From: Squalus acanthias | Lineage: Eukaryota | Direction of reading: 5' to 3' | DNA length: 64,000 nt | Assembly (NCBI GenBank): GCA_030390025.1 | Contig: CM059431.1 | Coordinates: 124,622,001 to 124,686,000 of the forward strand | In this document: one piece after another, positions 21,949-35,781 of the stretch | Layout of the letters: every line of letters begins with the position of its first letter | Numbering within the stretch: the first letter of the stretch is position 1 | Position numbers and translations under genes: made by a program | Notes under the pieces: model-generated | What the model saw: the letters and a program-made list of their open reading frames with translations, nothing else | What the model was told of the DNA's origin: nothing | The model's database searches: none

Positions 21949-22840
21949 GGGGGAGAAATTCAGTATCGCCCCATTTGGGGCGCAATTATCGGCCGGGCGC
22001 AAAGATTAGTGCCTGGCGCTAATTATCGCCACCGACTGCAAACTTGACTTTTATCGCCCCTGGAGGTGATTGCAGCGCTAAATCAAGCGCTTCACACCTG
22101 TCTTAAGGCGCAAAGGCCGAGGAGTGAGGCGCTATCTCAGAGCGTTGGCGAAGCTCATGTGATGTCAGTCAGCAATGGAACACACACACAATGGCACGGG
22201 CCAGTTCTTAAAGGGGATGGTTAATCTTGCTTTCCATCCACATCCTGCTCATTGCAGCCTTGAATCTCGGCCTGGAGAGACCTGCACATCAAATGTGCTG
22301 GAAAGAACAATGGAGAGTACCAGGCAAAGAGCTCAGAGTGCAGCCCCACAGTCTCTGCTAAATCGATACAAGGAATGGCAAATCAAAATGAACCGGCAAA
22401 GTGCTGCTCAGTACCCAAAACTCCTTCACACAACGTTGAATCTCTCCAGAAGTCTCTCCCTCTCTCTCTCAGAATGCATAGTTCAAAAATGGCACCAACA
22501 ATAAAAGGCAGGAAGTGGTCACCTTTAAATAGCGCTCCCCCTTTCCCTTCATGACTGCAGAACGCTCCCCTCAACCTGTCGTTGCTAGCGTCAGGCGGTA
22601 AGGCAGGGGGCGCCACTCAATATCCGCTCCGGGGCGATACCGGGGCGTTGCGCACTCGAGTGACGTCATGATCGGCCGGCACAGGAGATCGTTGCGGTAG
22701 TGTTTAGCGCCGTCGCAAAATGTCTAGTTAATTTCGCGAGCGGCGCAAACTTCGCCGCGCCTGGGCGCCAGATGCTTTGCGCCCCATTAGCGCCCTCTTA
22801 AGGCACTAACGGGAGGTGCAACCAACTGAATTTTTCCCCC
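21949..22840 (-). mobile_element. Harbinger-type MITE (family A), inverted
   Basis: GGGGGAGAAATTCAGT...ACTGAATTTTTCCCCC; TSD TAT. Confidence 0.9.
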
Positions 22841-23164
22841 TATGTTCTTAATGGCCACGGAACTCCCGCCTCAGGTTGACAGACTTGATTCCCGAGCTGC
22901 ATGAATCCCGTGGCCATGCAGGGACATTTAAAAAGTGGTAAAATGCTCTTAAGTGCCAGTAAACTACCAGATAATGATTTCAATTGGGTCGCCCGCCGTT
23001 GCCAGTCGGATCAGCTCCGCGATGACAGACACGTCTGGGGGAAAGCCACCTGGGAGCGGAATGACATCGGGTTCCCGACCCGCTGTCAAAAATAACAACT
23101 TTCCTGCCCGACCCACCCCCGATCGCGCCCACTACCACCCCGGAAAGTACCTGCCACTGTCACT

Positions 23165-23700
23165 GCGGGATGAGAGTTTCAGCAGCAGATGTGCTGAGGC
23201 GGGCCGAAGACGGGCGATGTTACGGATGTGGAAGTAGGCGGACTTGTGGTAGAGAGGATATGGAGTCTGAAGCTCAGCATCTTGTTCAAATAGGATGCCA
23301 AGATTTTGAAGAGTCAGGTTCAGCCTCAGACAGTGGAAAGTGATGGAGTTGGTGGCTAGGAAACAGAGTTTGTGGTGGGGACCAAAGTCAATGGCTGTGG
23401 TTTTTGCAATATTCATTTGGAGAAAATGCCTGCTCATCTGGATGTCGGGCAAGCAGCATGCCAAATCAAAGGCAGTGGTGGGGTCAAGAGGAGTGCTGAT
23501 GAGGTAGAGCGGCATGTCGTCAGCGTATGGGTGGAACCTGACATTAGGTTTTCGGATGTTGTAGCCAAGGGCAGCTTTTAGATGAGAAATAGGAGGGGGG
23601 CCAAGGTTAGATCCTTGAGGGACTCCAGAGGTAACCATGCTTAAGAGAAGCCATTGCAAGTGATTCTTTGGCTGCGACTGGATAGATAGGAATGGATTTT
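23165..23700 (-). mobile_element. L2-like LINE RT fragment
   Basis: ORF 23132-23659: VTSGVPQGSNLGP, FHPYADD, KSAYFHIRNIARLRP. Confidence 0.8.
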
Positions 23701-25855
23701 ATAGAAATATTCTTGCCTTATTTTGGTACTTTTTCAAATTATGAAACTCCTTCTGAACATAAAATGTCCACTGGACCTCCCTTTAGTTTCTCACAGTAGT
23801 TGTTGTTAAGTTCATGTGATTTGTGGCATATTACTATTCAGTCTTCATCTGTAGTGTTCTTGTCAGGTGTCCTCCCATACTGAAAATGTCTTCCCATTTC
23901 TCCATTGTGCATATGTCAAGGTCCTTCAAGGCCGTGTCAGTGAAACAAATGTGATGAATTTGATGCTGAGCCTTTTCTAAAATGTTTTGTTCACCCCACA
24001 GCGGGATTCACATACTTTCCCTGTTTACCCATTAAATGACTCAATTACTACTGGAAACATTTCAACGAATTATTATTAGAAGTCTGCCATGATTGGTTTG
24101 ATTCCTGTCACTCTCACTAACAAAAATCTGTTTTACAAAACCGCACCTCGCGGAATAACGTGTGCCTACGCTTTTGATTGTTGGTCATTAAAATATGTGG
24201 GAAAGTGACATTTTACCTCATTCTTTTTGAAAAAGGAGAATATGCCCCATAGTGTCTCTGTGTTAGCATAATAAATATCCTTCCATGTTCTGTACATAAT
24301 TGATTTATAGTTTTTGAGGAAACATTTAAACCTTTACCTGATGATGCTAAAGCCATTGCTTTTCCTCTCCTTTCTTTTTAGTTTGCCTGTTAGGCAAAGC
24401 AAAATGGTTGATATCCAATGCAAGTGATCTTCATGCATTGTTTACAGCTACCTTGGGTGGTACAGTAATGATAATAGCTGAAGCAATTTAACATTTTATG
24501 GAGACTATTAAATGTTGCTAAATGCAGGTCACTATTAACCTTAGTCTCACTCTGAGTGATTGCACTCAAATCTAATTCCTGGATGACAGTAACCTAATTA
24601 TAAATTTGCATTGTTCTCTGCTTTGTACTGTCAGTAAAAGGATGGCTCTTTGTGGAATTCTGTGAATAACTTGAACATGAACCATGCAGCATCTGTAACT
24701 AAATTAAGAATTGGTAACCAGCCAAATGCAAAATTTAAAGGTTAGTCCACAACCATCAAAATTGAATGCAACCTTCAGACATAGAATGTAATCACAACTG
24801 GTCAGGGAAGGATTTAAGGAATAGTTTGTATATTCAAATGTTGTACTTATTTCCTTATAATTCTGTAACTGTTCCTTTTCAGCATAGCCTAAGAATGATA
24901 AAATGTATTTCTTTTTATAAATCCAGGATCCATGTACTGGAGCTACTGGATGATGTTTATATATTAAGTTGGATTCTAAATTCAGATTCTCAGCGTGAGA
25001 CCAGTCTTCCTACATAATATAATGTTATTAAATTAGCTTGGTATTTTACAGTCACCATCGGTCATACAGTCAGTTCATGTTAAGTGGATAGCCTGTTATT
25101 CATGTGGTAGACAATCACATTGAAATATTTATAAACAGAAACTCCACTGCAAAATTTCCCAAAGGGTTTTAATCTGTAACAGAAGACTGTCCAAAATGTT
25201 AAGTCTGGCATGTCATTATTATTTTCAGCTTGTTATAATTTGTTTGTATGCTGGAATAAAAGAAGAAGCAAGTGCAGTAATCTTAAGTAAAATCTTGGTG
25301 GTTTAGGTTACCCCAATGCTGAACTGAGTACTGTGGCCATTGCAACTCTTAAACATACACATTGGGCTAGATTTTACCAGCCCTGAGGAGGCAGGTTTGG
25401 AGGTGTGTCTGCTGGCAAAATCGGAAAAAATGGCTTCAGACACCCAATCCTCCTCCATCCCGCCCCCACACGATTTTCCTGAGTGTCTGTTCAGCTGCTC
25501 TCAAACAGACCTGACTCCAACCGGTGGGACAGATAGTTAAGGCAGTTAAGAGCCTGTTAACTGCCTTGATAATCCTATTTTGACAGAGGTTTCCCATTTT
25601 CCTGCTTCTGGCTCCTGTTTCCCGTCTTGTCAGAAACAGTCCTGCTGCAAGGAGATGAGTTGGTGGAGGTCATGATCTGTAATCATTATTGGTGCAGAAC
25701 TTTAAAAGTGCTCCTGTAACATAGCTGGCATTCAAATGCAACAACTTTGTTGTTGGCGGTTTGGGATAAGATTTTGTAAATCTACTGACCTTGTGACTGG
25801 TCAAGCTGACAAACATCTGCTGTTTCAACTGATTGGAATAATTTCAGGCCACTTT

Positions 25856-26700
25856 GGGCTGGATTTTGTGAATGGAGAAGAGCTGGAGGTGGGACTGCTG
25901 CTTGTCGGGTCTCAGTCTTGACTCCATCATGTTCTAGCCAACCAGCGGGATTGTCCCCTGATTGACCTTGTTAAGCCCGCCCTGCGGGCTCAGCAGGCCA
26001 AATAGGAGGAAGTCACTGACAGAGCACGTCAATGTCTGATGTGCCATCTGTCAAGACTTCTTGAAAGAAGAAATGTCACCGTTTGACAGCTCTGTGAAGC
26101 AGTCAAACACTGACATTCTGTGTAGTTTGATGAGTCCTTGTGTTGAGGACTCATCAAACCTTTCAACTTTGTAGAAAGCAGATGACTGTTGGTTCAGAGG
26201 ATCCAACAGCCAGTCTGTAAAATCTACAATGAAGATGTCGGGACTCCGGAATCACCGCAGCTGAAGGCTGTAGGCAGAAACAAAGGTAAGTGAACATTTT
26301 CTAACACTTAACACTCACCTCACATATTTACCACTCCACACTTGCACCCATCACTCACCTATACATCTCACTTTCAGGCCCCTCCGACCCCCGCAGACCT
26401 CCTACTCGACTCCTCCAACCCGGCCGGTTTCTCCAAGGTCGGGAAGCCTTCAGCTGAAAAGGTAAAATGGGACTAATCCTTTTTTCTGCTTGTTAACTGT
26501 CTGTTAACAGGCAGTTAAAAGGATTTAATCCCTTCCCCGCCTCGAGTAGACAGGACCCGGAGCAGGACGGCTTCCCGCCTCCTGGCAAAAGGGCACGGAG
26601 GCTGGATGGGGGCGGCTTTACCATCTGCCCCCACTTTCTGCAACTTTACCGGCAGTCCCGCCTCCATACCCGCCTCCTTGGGGCTGACAAAATCCAGCCC
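25856..26700. mobile_element. Harbinger MITE (family B) nested in a longer Harbinger derivative (about 25364-27500)
   Basis: TIRs GGGCTGGATTTTGT / ACAAAATCCAGCCC; TSD TTT; inverted relative at 31530-32296. The host has a Myb remnant (ORF 27162-27500). Confidence 0.8.
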
Positions 26701-27744
26701 TTTGAGTGTGCGCTTGCAAGCTTCTTGCCTCAACTGAAATCAATAACAATGGGATGGAAACCACTTACATCCTCTCATCCTGGTCGCCAGATTCGGAGGA
26801 AGAGCAGCACGGCTTAGTGCTGCCAGATGAACAAGTGACTCAGCACACAGCCTCCTTGGAGGAAGATGAAGAGGACTATGAAGAGGATGAGGAAGAGGAT
26901 GAGGAGGAGGAAGTGGAGGAGGACGGGGAGTGACGCCTTGCGGGGTCGGATCTGGCCAATCCAGCAGAAGACGACCGCATTGCTGGCCGTCAGGCAAGGG
27001 ATGTACTCATCCATGCCAGATTCACGTCACCTTATGCTTCAACCGCAGGTGGCTGGCACATGGAGATGAATATAAGTCCAACATTCTCAAAACCCCAGGT
27101 ATCCTCTGTCCAATAAATGGTGGTTTGCGCTCAGTGTCACCACCAACATTCTACATGGAAATCACCCTGAGCCCTCACTCTTCAACTTCCATTTCCCAGA
27201 ACACAGAGGCCACACTTTAGGTGATCTCAGCAGATCGTTAAACCTTTTTCCACACTGAACCCATGTGAATCTGCACACAGACCTCGAGCTCACCAACTCA
27301 GCAATTTGCAGCCAAGCTGCCTTGGTTTGCTGAGGAGGCCTCCTCCTTCCATTTCCAGGAAAGAGGAGCTCCTGACTTCCTCTAACTCCCTCAACAAGAG
27401 CATGGAGAGAGCCCTCATTGAACCTGGGTGCATCCTTAGTTATTGGGCTGCCGTTCCTGCAGCAGCCAGCAACTTTAAGAGAAAAAAGCATTAATATCAC
27501 TAAGCCAATGATTGGAACAAATCTGGCATCTTTTTCATTTCATAGTCAGATAATAAATTGATATTTAAAAAAGTCATAAAATTCTTTCTGTGATAATATG
27601 ACCAGCAATTTCATTCATTAAATTTTGTTTAGAACAGACGCTGTCAGCTCCTCTTTCTATATCTTGCAGCATAAAACCATCACATTGACATTTTCCCCAA
27701 AGGGGACATGGCCCCTTTAAATTCTCATCCAAACAACACATCAT

Positions 27745-30700
27745 CAGAGCCACAGCAATGTGGTTGACTCTTAACTGCCCTCTGACATGGCCTAGCAAGT
27801 CACTCAGTTGTAATTAACCGCTACGAAACAAGATAATACGAATGAAACCGGACGGACTACCCGGCATCGACCTCGGCACCGGCTACGGACACGGCAATGG
27901 CACACCCAGCCCAGTCAACACTGCAAAGTCCTCCTCACCAACATCTGGGGACTTGTGGCAAATTTGGGAGAGCTGTCCCACAGACTAGTCAAGCAACAGC
28001 CTGACATAGTCATACTCACAGAATCATACCTTTCAGCCAATGTCCCAAATTCCGCCATCACTATCCCTGGGTATGTCCTGTCCCACCGGCAGGACAGACC
28101 CACCAGGGGTGGTGGCACAGTGGTATACAGTCGGGAAGGAGTGGCCCTGGGAGTCCTCAACATTGACTCCAGACCCCATGAAGTCTCATGGCTTCAGGTC
28201 AAGCATGGGCAAGGAAACCTCCTGCTGATTACCACCTACTGCCCTCCCTCAGCTGATGAATCAGTACTCCTCCATGTTGAACACCACTTGGAAGAAGCAC
28301 TGAAAGTAGCAAGGGCACAGAATGTACTCTGGATGGGGGACTTCAATGTCCATCACCAAGAGTGGCTCGGTAGCACCACTACTGACCGAGCTGGCCGAGT
28401 CCTGAAGGACATAACTGCCAGTCTGGGCCTGCGACAGGTGGTGAATGAACCAACACGAGGGAGAAACCTACTTGACCTCGTCCTCACCAATCTACCTGTC
28501 GCAGATGCATCTGTCCATGACAGTATTGGTACAGTGACCACCGCACAGTCATTGTGGAGACGAAGTCCCGTCTTCACACTGAGAACACCCTCCATCGTGT
28601 TGTGTGGCACTACCAGGTGCTAAATGGGATAGATTCAGAAAAGATCTAGCAGCTCAAAACTGGGCATCCATGAGGCGCTGTGGGCCATCAGCAGCAGCAG
28701 AATTATATTCCACCACAATCTGTAACCTCATGGCCCAGCATATCCCTCACTCAACCATTACCACCAAGCCAGGGGACCAACCCTGGTTCAACAACGAGTG
28801 TAGAAGAGCATGCCAGGAGCAGCACCAGGCGTACCTAAAAATGAGGTGCCAACCTGGGGAAGCTGCAACACAGGACTACATGCATGCTAAAAAGCGGAAG
28901 CAGCATGCTATAGACAGGGCTAAGCGATCCCACAATCAACGGATCAGATCAAAGCTCTGCAGTCCTGCCATATCCAGTCAGGAATGGTGGTGGACCATTA
29001 AACAACTAACGGGAGGAGGAGGCTCCGAGAATATCCCCATCCTCAATGATGGTGGAGCCCAGCACGTGAATGCTAAAGACAAGGCTTAAGCGTTTGCAAC
29101 CAACTTCAGCCAGAAGTGCCGAGTGGATGATTCATATCGGCCTACTCCCGAGGTCCCCACCATCACAGAAGCCAGTCTTCAGCCAATTCGATTTACTCCA
29201 TGTGATATCAAGAATCGGCTGAGCGCATTGGATACAGCAAAGGCAATGGGCCCCGACAACATCCCGGCTATCGTGCTGAAGACTTGTGCTCCAGAACTAG
29301 CCGCGCCTCTAGCAATGCTGTTCTAGTACAGCTACAGCGCTGGCAACTATCCGACAATTACCCAGGTATGTCCTGTCCACAAAAAGCAGGACAAATCCAA
29401 CCCAGACAATTATCGCCCCATCAGTCTACTCGCAATCATCAGCAAAGTGATGGAAGGTGTCATCGACAGTGCTATCAAGTGGCACTTACTCACCAATAAC
29501 CTGCTCACTGATGCCCAGTTTGGGTTCCGCCAAGACCACTCAGCTCCCGACCTCATTACAGCCTTGGTCCAAACATGGACAAAGGAGCTCAACTCCAGAG
29601 GTGAGGTGAGAGTGACTGCCTTTGACATCAAGGCAGCATTTGACCGAGTCTGGCATCAAGGAGCCCAAGTAAAACTGAAGTCAATGGGAATCAGGGGGAA
29701 AATGCTCCACTGGCTGGAGTCATACCTAATACAAAGGAAGATGGTTGTGGTGGTTGAAGGTCAATCATCACAGCCCCAGGACATCACTGCAGGAGTTCCT
29801 CAGGGCAGTGTCCTAGGCTCAAACATCTTCAGCTGCTTCATCAATGACCTTCCCTCCAACATAAGGTCATGTTCGCTGATGACTGCACAGTGTTCAGCGC
29901 CATTCATAACTCCACAGATAATGAAGCAGTCCATGCCCGCATGCAACAAGATCTGGATGACGTTCAGGCTTGGGCTGATAAGTGGCAGGTAACATTCACG
30001 CCACAGAAGTGCCAGGCAATGACTATCTCCAACAAGAGAGAGTCTAACCACCTCCCCTTGACATTCAATGGCATTACCATCGCCAAATCCCCCACTATCA
30101 ACATCCTGGGGGTCACCATTAACCAGAAACTTAACTGGACCAGCCACATAAATACTGTGGCAACAAGAGCAGGTCAGAGGCTAGGTATTCTTTGGTGAGT
30201 ATCTCACCTCCTGACTTCCCAAAGCCTTTCCACCTTCTACAAGGCACAAGTAAGGAGTGTAATGGAATATTCTCCACTTGCCTGGATGAGTGCAGCTCCA
30301 ACAACACTCAAGAAGCTCGACACCATCCAGGACAAAGCAGCCCGCTTCATTGGCACCCCATCCACCACCTTAAACATTCACTCCCTCCACCACCGGTGTA
30401 CCGTGGCTGCAGTGTGTACCATCTGCAAGATGCACTGCAGCAACTCACCAAGGCTTCTTCGGCAGCACCTCCCAAACCCGCGACCTCTTCCACCTAGAAG
30501 GACAAGGGCAGCAGGCGCATGGGAACACCACCACCTCCAAGTTCCCCACCAAGTCACACACCATCCTGACTTAGAAGTATATCGCCGATCCTTCATCGTC
30601 GCTGGGTCAAAATCCTGGAACTCCCTACCTAACAGCACTGTGGGAGTCCCTTCACCACACGGACTGCAGCGATTCAAGAATGTGGCTCACCACCACCTTC

Positions 30701-30779
30701 TCAAGGGCAACTAGGGATGGGCAATAAATGCTGGCATTGCCAGCGGCGCCCTGATCCCATAAACTAATTAAAAAAAAAT
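27745..30779 (+). mobile_element. Single-ORF APE+RT non-LTR retrotransposon (CR1-group-like), degraded
   Basis: PDIVILTES, MGDFNVH, AFDIKAAFDRVWH, GVPQGSVLG, FADD; 3' end GGGATGGGCAATAAATGCTGG followed by an A-rich tail. Confidence 0.88.
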
Positions 30780-31529
30780 GCCAGAAACTGACAGCCTCCA
30801 AGCAATTGCCTGGAGGGACCCGCACGTCGGCTGTAACAAGGCCAATTGACGCAAAATTTTAAGTTGTAGGAGGCGGCAGCCGGGAATGGGTCAGAAAGCC
30901 TCAGAGTAGTGGACCCACACTCAAGGTGCCTCCATTAAGAAAATTGCAGCCATTGGGTCAGATTTTACCGTCAAAATAACAGTGAAGCTAATGGCGCCCA
31001 CCATTACTTATGAGAAAATTGCACAGCAACTTCAGGCGAGGGCGGAGGCGAGGTTAAACGCGAAAATCCAGAAGTTGGTGTCCGAGTTGCGCCACTCCAC
31101 AGTTTGCTTTGAGAAAACGGCATCTCGCTGTCTGACTCATCACTCAACTGTATTGAACAGAGTGAAGTTCTTGTACTTGCACGGTAGGTACAAACTAAAC
31201 ACAGCACAGAAAGTTAGAGCTTGTCCATTTAAGTTGAAGTACCCTTTTTAAGGGCATGATAAGTCTCAATTACTGCCAAACAACCTCTCTGGCACTGAAA
31301 ATTAGCTATTGCAAGTATGCAGTCTCATTCCTTCAACTTTTAATTGTCGTTGGAGATTTCAAAATCGAATGTATTACGTTAGATTACTTTTTATTAACTT
31401 TTTATTTCTATCTCTTTTACTCTCTCTCTTAATCCAATCTTTCTTCCCCTCTTTTTATTTAACTTTCTGTCTCCGATATGACATTAAACTCACTAATTTA
31501 CTGGTCCATAATTTTTACCATAACACTTG

Positions 31530-32296
31530 GGGCTGGATTTTCTCAGCCCTGAGGAGGCAGGTATGGAGGCGGGACTGCCGGGAAATTTGCAGAATTTGGG
31601 GCTGGGTGGCAAACCTGCCCCCAACCCGCTTCCATGCCCTCTTTCCAGGAGGCAGGAAGCCGTCCCGTCCCGGGTCCCATCTCCTTGGAGGCGGGAAGGG
31701 ATTAAAGCCTATTAACTGCCTGTTAACAGGTAGTGTAGGAGGCGAGTAGGAGGTCTGCGGTGGTCACAGCGGGCTGAAAGTGCGATGTAGAGGTTAGTGA
31801 TGGGTGCAAGTCTGGAGCGGTAAGTATGTGAGGTGAGTATAAAGTGTTAGAAAATGTTAACTTACCTTTGTTTCTACCTACAGCCTTCAGCCGCTGTGGA
31901 GCCGGAGTCCCCGACATCTCCATTGTAGAGATCACAGACTGGCTATTGGATCCTCCGATACAACAGCCACCTGATTTCTGCAAAGTAGAAAGGTTTGATG
32001 AGTCCTGAACACGGGGTCTCATCAAACTACACAGAATGTCAGTGTTTGACAGATTCACAGAGCTGTCAAACGATGATATTTCTTCTTTCAAAAGTTCTTG
32101 ACAGATGACACGTCATACGTTGACGTGCTCTGTCACTGACTTCCCCCTAATTGGCCTGCTGAGCCTGCCGGGCGGGCTTAACAAGGTCAATCAGGGGAAA
32201 TTCCCACTGGTTGGCCAGAAGCTGATGGAGGCGGGACTGAAACCCGGCAAGCAGCAGTCCCACCTCCAAAAGCTTCCCATTCAGAAAATCCAACCC
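31530..32296. mobile_element. Harbinger MITE (family B)
   Basis: GGGCTGGATTTTCT...AGAAAATCCAACCC; TSD TTG. Confidence 0.85.
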
Positions 32297-32634
32297 TTGG
32301 AAACAGGATATTCTAATTTCCGCTTCCTTGTTCTGACTCTGCGCTGTTCATTTTACAATACTTCAATCTGATTGGTTAAGAAGATGCACAGTAGCTTGCC
32401 CTGTTCACACAGATCCCAGATGCCCTGTAGAGGGTGCTGTGCAATTCCGATCTCCCACTTACAGCAACTTCCAGTGCAAAGTCTCATGGAAATTAAACGG
32501 GCAAGGGCAAGTCTAACGAACGACAGACCCATTTGTTTGCCGGCTACAGTAAATTCTGGTCCATTATTTCTACCGAAACACTTGGAAACAGGATATTCTG
32601 TACTCGTGAGTGCAGAACATTGCAAAATGGTTTC

Positions 32635-33703
32635 AGCTGTGGCTCTGTGGATAGCACTCTTGCCTTTGAGCCAGAAGGTAGTGGGTTCAGAATCACACAC
32701 CAGAAATTTGAACAGAAAAATCAAGGCTGATACTCCACTGCAGTGCTGCAATGTCAGAGGTGCCGTCTTTCAGATCTCTCAGGTGGATGTAATGGCCCAG
32801 AAGTTCCATTCGCACGCCTCTGCGCCGAGACCGGAGGGCTCCCAGGAAGCGCAGAGTTCCGTTGTGGGCCTCTCCAAACTGCCGGTGCGCAGGGCCCACG
32901 TATCCCAGAGGCGCAGGCGGTTCGCAGCGTCCCTGGGATCACGTGGGCCATGGGGAGCCAATCAGAGAAGGGAATCTCCCTTCATACATTTGACAGGAAG
33001 ACCTGTCAAATATATGAATAGAGATCACTCCCAAAACATAGTAAAACTTTAAATAATTTTTAAAAAATCATCATATTTTTAAAATGACTTTAAACTACAA
33101 TAAATTAAGTATTTTAAAGTATTTTTAAATGATAAATCAGTGGAAACATTTTTTTTTACTTTCTTCAACTCTTATCCTGGTAAAAACAGGCCTTACGCTG
33201 CTTTTACCAGGCACAAGATTTGTAAGTGTTTTCTGCGGCGGAGGGTCTCCATAAAACGGAACTCTCCGCCCGCAGAGGCCCTGCTCCCGGGCAGGCGGAG
33301 GATCTGTCAAGACCTTTCTTGACAGATCGGAAATGCCAGTTTCCAGCGCATGCGCAGTGCATGCCTAAAACCGGCATTTCCGTTGGCCCTACGGGTACAC
33401 GCGAACAGCGCGTACATACCCGTAGGGATCGGAATTTCTGCCTCAATAGATCCCATGGCACTATTTTGAAGAAGAGTAGGGGAGTTATCCCTGGTGGCCT
33501 GGCCAATATTTATCCTTCAATCAACATAACAAAAAAACAGATGATCTGTTCATGATCACATTGCTGTTTGTGGGAGCTTGCTGTGTGCAAATTGGCTGCC
33601 GCATTTCCTACATTACAATAGTGACTGCACTTAATTGGCTGTAAAGCGCTTTGTGACATCCGGTGGTCGTGAAAGGCGCTATATAAATGCGAGTCTTTCT
33701 TTT
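32635..33703 (+). mobile_element. tRNA-derived Deu-type SINE with L2-like tail, split by a MITE (about 32794-33444, TSD AAT)
   Basis: tRNA-like head at about 32638-32700; AGATCCCATGGCACTATTT...CCTGGCCAATATTTATCC core; tail GTGAAAGGCGCTATATAAATGC. Confidence 0.65.
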
Positions 33704-34105
33704 TAGAATGACATACATGAACAGAACTATAAACTTTTTTTGTATTTGCTGTACTAGTTTAACAGATAAAAAGTAATTCACTTAATAGTAGGAAAAATAA
33801 TGAAGGAATCAGTTAATGGGAGTTCATTAGACATTTTGTAACAGTTCTCTGCTAACCAACAATAAACACCTCAGCAGGAACAGGCCCAAAAGTAAAATAA
33901 TCACATTCTACAGAACATAATGAGTAGATTCTATCTTGGAATGTATAAACAATCTCAATGCTGGCTACATTCAGGGGGGACCTTCTATCCTATCCAACAT
34001 CACTGGAATGCATTTGTATTGAATTTACTTCCTAATTGCAGATGTAACTACTATTTGCTGAACAATGGTTATTACAGCATGTGCCAGTCTACAGAAAATT
34101 GGTTA

Positions 34106-34860
34106 GGGCCGGTATTTCCTGCAACACATTTGCGCAGAATTTATGGTGAAATTTGCACCGCTTGCTGCGCCGATCTTGAAACAGGAATTAATTTCCTGTG
34201 GAGCTCATTTCCCTGCACTTGGAGCAGAAAAATCAGCACAAAACAAATGCAAATATAGTGCCATCAACAGGGGTAACAGCAAGCGGGCTGCCGTCTTCTG
34301 TCGTGACGCCTCACTCTCGGAGTCTCCTGCCTCGGCTACTCCTCCTCCATTATTATGCAGAACAGGGGTGTGCCCATTGGGAAGGTCATTTCAGCAGCTT
34401 AGTCCTTGTGAACACGGTGGGAGTTGGGTGGGGGTGCGAGAAGTTTTGGATGCATTGAGATTGACAGAACTTTGGTTAAGTAAAGTGAAGATCTCAGTAA
34501 GAATTTTTTTTTAAATCATGAAGAAAACCACCACTCCCAGTATGTCAGTTACACCAATATCAGGTGGCTTTGGGCTGTGCTGCACCTAAATGCCGGAGTA
34601 TCAATCTACGCCTGCACGTTATTCGCATGAGCCCAGGAAACTCACACAAAATGGTCTGTAGCATGGGAACGGCGCTATGTAAATCAGTGGCAGATGACTT
34701 TGGTGGATGTATCTCAGAAGCGGAGCAAATGCTTGAGGAATTTCATGCTTAGCAATGTTTTGGTGTAAAACCAGTGTAAGTCAGTTACACGTGAATCTCC
34801 TCGGAAATAAATGTCGCAAATCCTCTCTTATGCCGTAGTTACACGGAAACTTTGCGGGCC
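34106..34860. mobile_element. Old Harbinger-type MITE
   Basis: GGGCCG...CGGGCC ends with TTA TSD. Confidence 0.55.
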
Positions 34861-35609
34861 TTAGTTACATAATTTTAGCACTTCCAGTAGCTACCTGGAT
34901 CAAAATCATGATACATTGTCATTGTTACAATTGCCTAAACGTTGCGCACTAAGTTCAAAAACAAAATAACAGGACTGATTTTCTTTCTGTTCTCTTTCCC
35001 TGGGTATTAATCAGGACGATTGCACCCAAAAGGTGCAGCAGGAGCCAAGAGTCTTTCTTAATGTTTTTGTCCTCCCCAATTTTGACTCCTCTTCTGAGGG
35101 CTCTGACTATTTTCTAAGATGTGATTTTAAGAGTGTTAGCTGCCTTCTGGTACCAAGTGGCCATTCTTCATGTGTGAGTCTTGACAGCTAGTGTAAGAAG
35201 ACTATTAAACTACAAGGGCATCACCTCACCATTAGAGACCAAGCTAAGTTTGATTCTGTCCTCACTGGACATCAACAGACAGAAATCGGGAGCAGGAGCC
35301 TTGATCAATTTTCCAGCTTCTAATTCAAAAGTACTAAGATAAACAGTGGCATCCCCACATGAGTTAACTTAACTTAGCACAGAATGGTAAATGAGCCTGG
35401 GATTATTTTGGTCTACACATTCAGCAACTCATAACATGAACATGTTGAGTCACGGGGGTTGGGGAAATGGATCCTTTATTTCTTTCTTGTATACTTGTAA
35501 CATAACAGCAGTTATATGCGCCGACCTTCCTCAGTTTTACAACTGGAGAATGCTTATGTTCTGAATGCAAAGCACAGGGAAAGTGAGTCTCGTGATGCTG
35601 AGTCTCCAC

Positions 35610-35781
35610 CAATGTTCCCTTTAAGCTGCGTGGCCACGCGGTGCTCTGAAGGTCCGTGCAGCCAGCTTGCCGACTTGCCAGCTTTTAAATAGAAAAACCG
35701 CGCATGCGTGGTATTTTGAATGGGCCGCTCTGCGCGTTAAAGGGGGCGCGTGGCCCCCTCAAAAAAGTACAGGGATAATTG
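35610..35781. mobile_element. Small hAT-type MITE
   Basis: TIRs CAATGTTCCCT / AGGGATAATTG; 8-bp TSD GTCTCCAC/GTGTCCAC. Confidence 0.65.

Larger units (their letters stand above)
11583..23135 (+). mobile_element. Non-autonomous Harbinger derivative with Myb/SANT exon remnant (pieces 11583-13002 and about 22851-23135), split by nested CR1s
   Basis: ORF 11719-12249 contains PRFS..SL..W.QIAEEV..RTWVQC.K.FND. 12987-13002 joins 22851 onward to give the same junction seen intact at 57120-57185. Confidence 0.7.

Noticed and set aside
24338..24386. Possible minus-strand 49-nt host exon (..CTAACAG|...CAG|GTAAAG)
   Set aside because: Splice signals alone; no recognisable protein or partner exons.
26706..26933. 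Acidic E/D-rich ORF
   Set aside because: Remnant of the Harbinger transposase N-terminus (LSSWSPDSEEEQ) fused to its acidic C-terminal tract.
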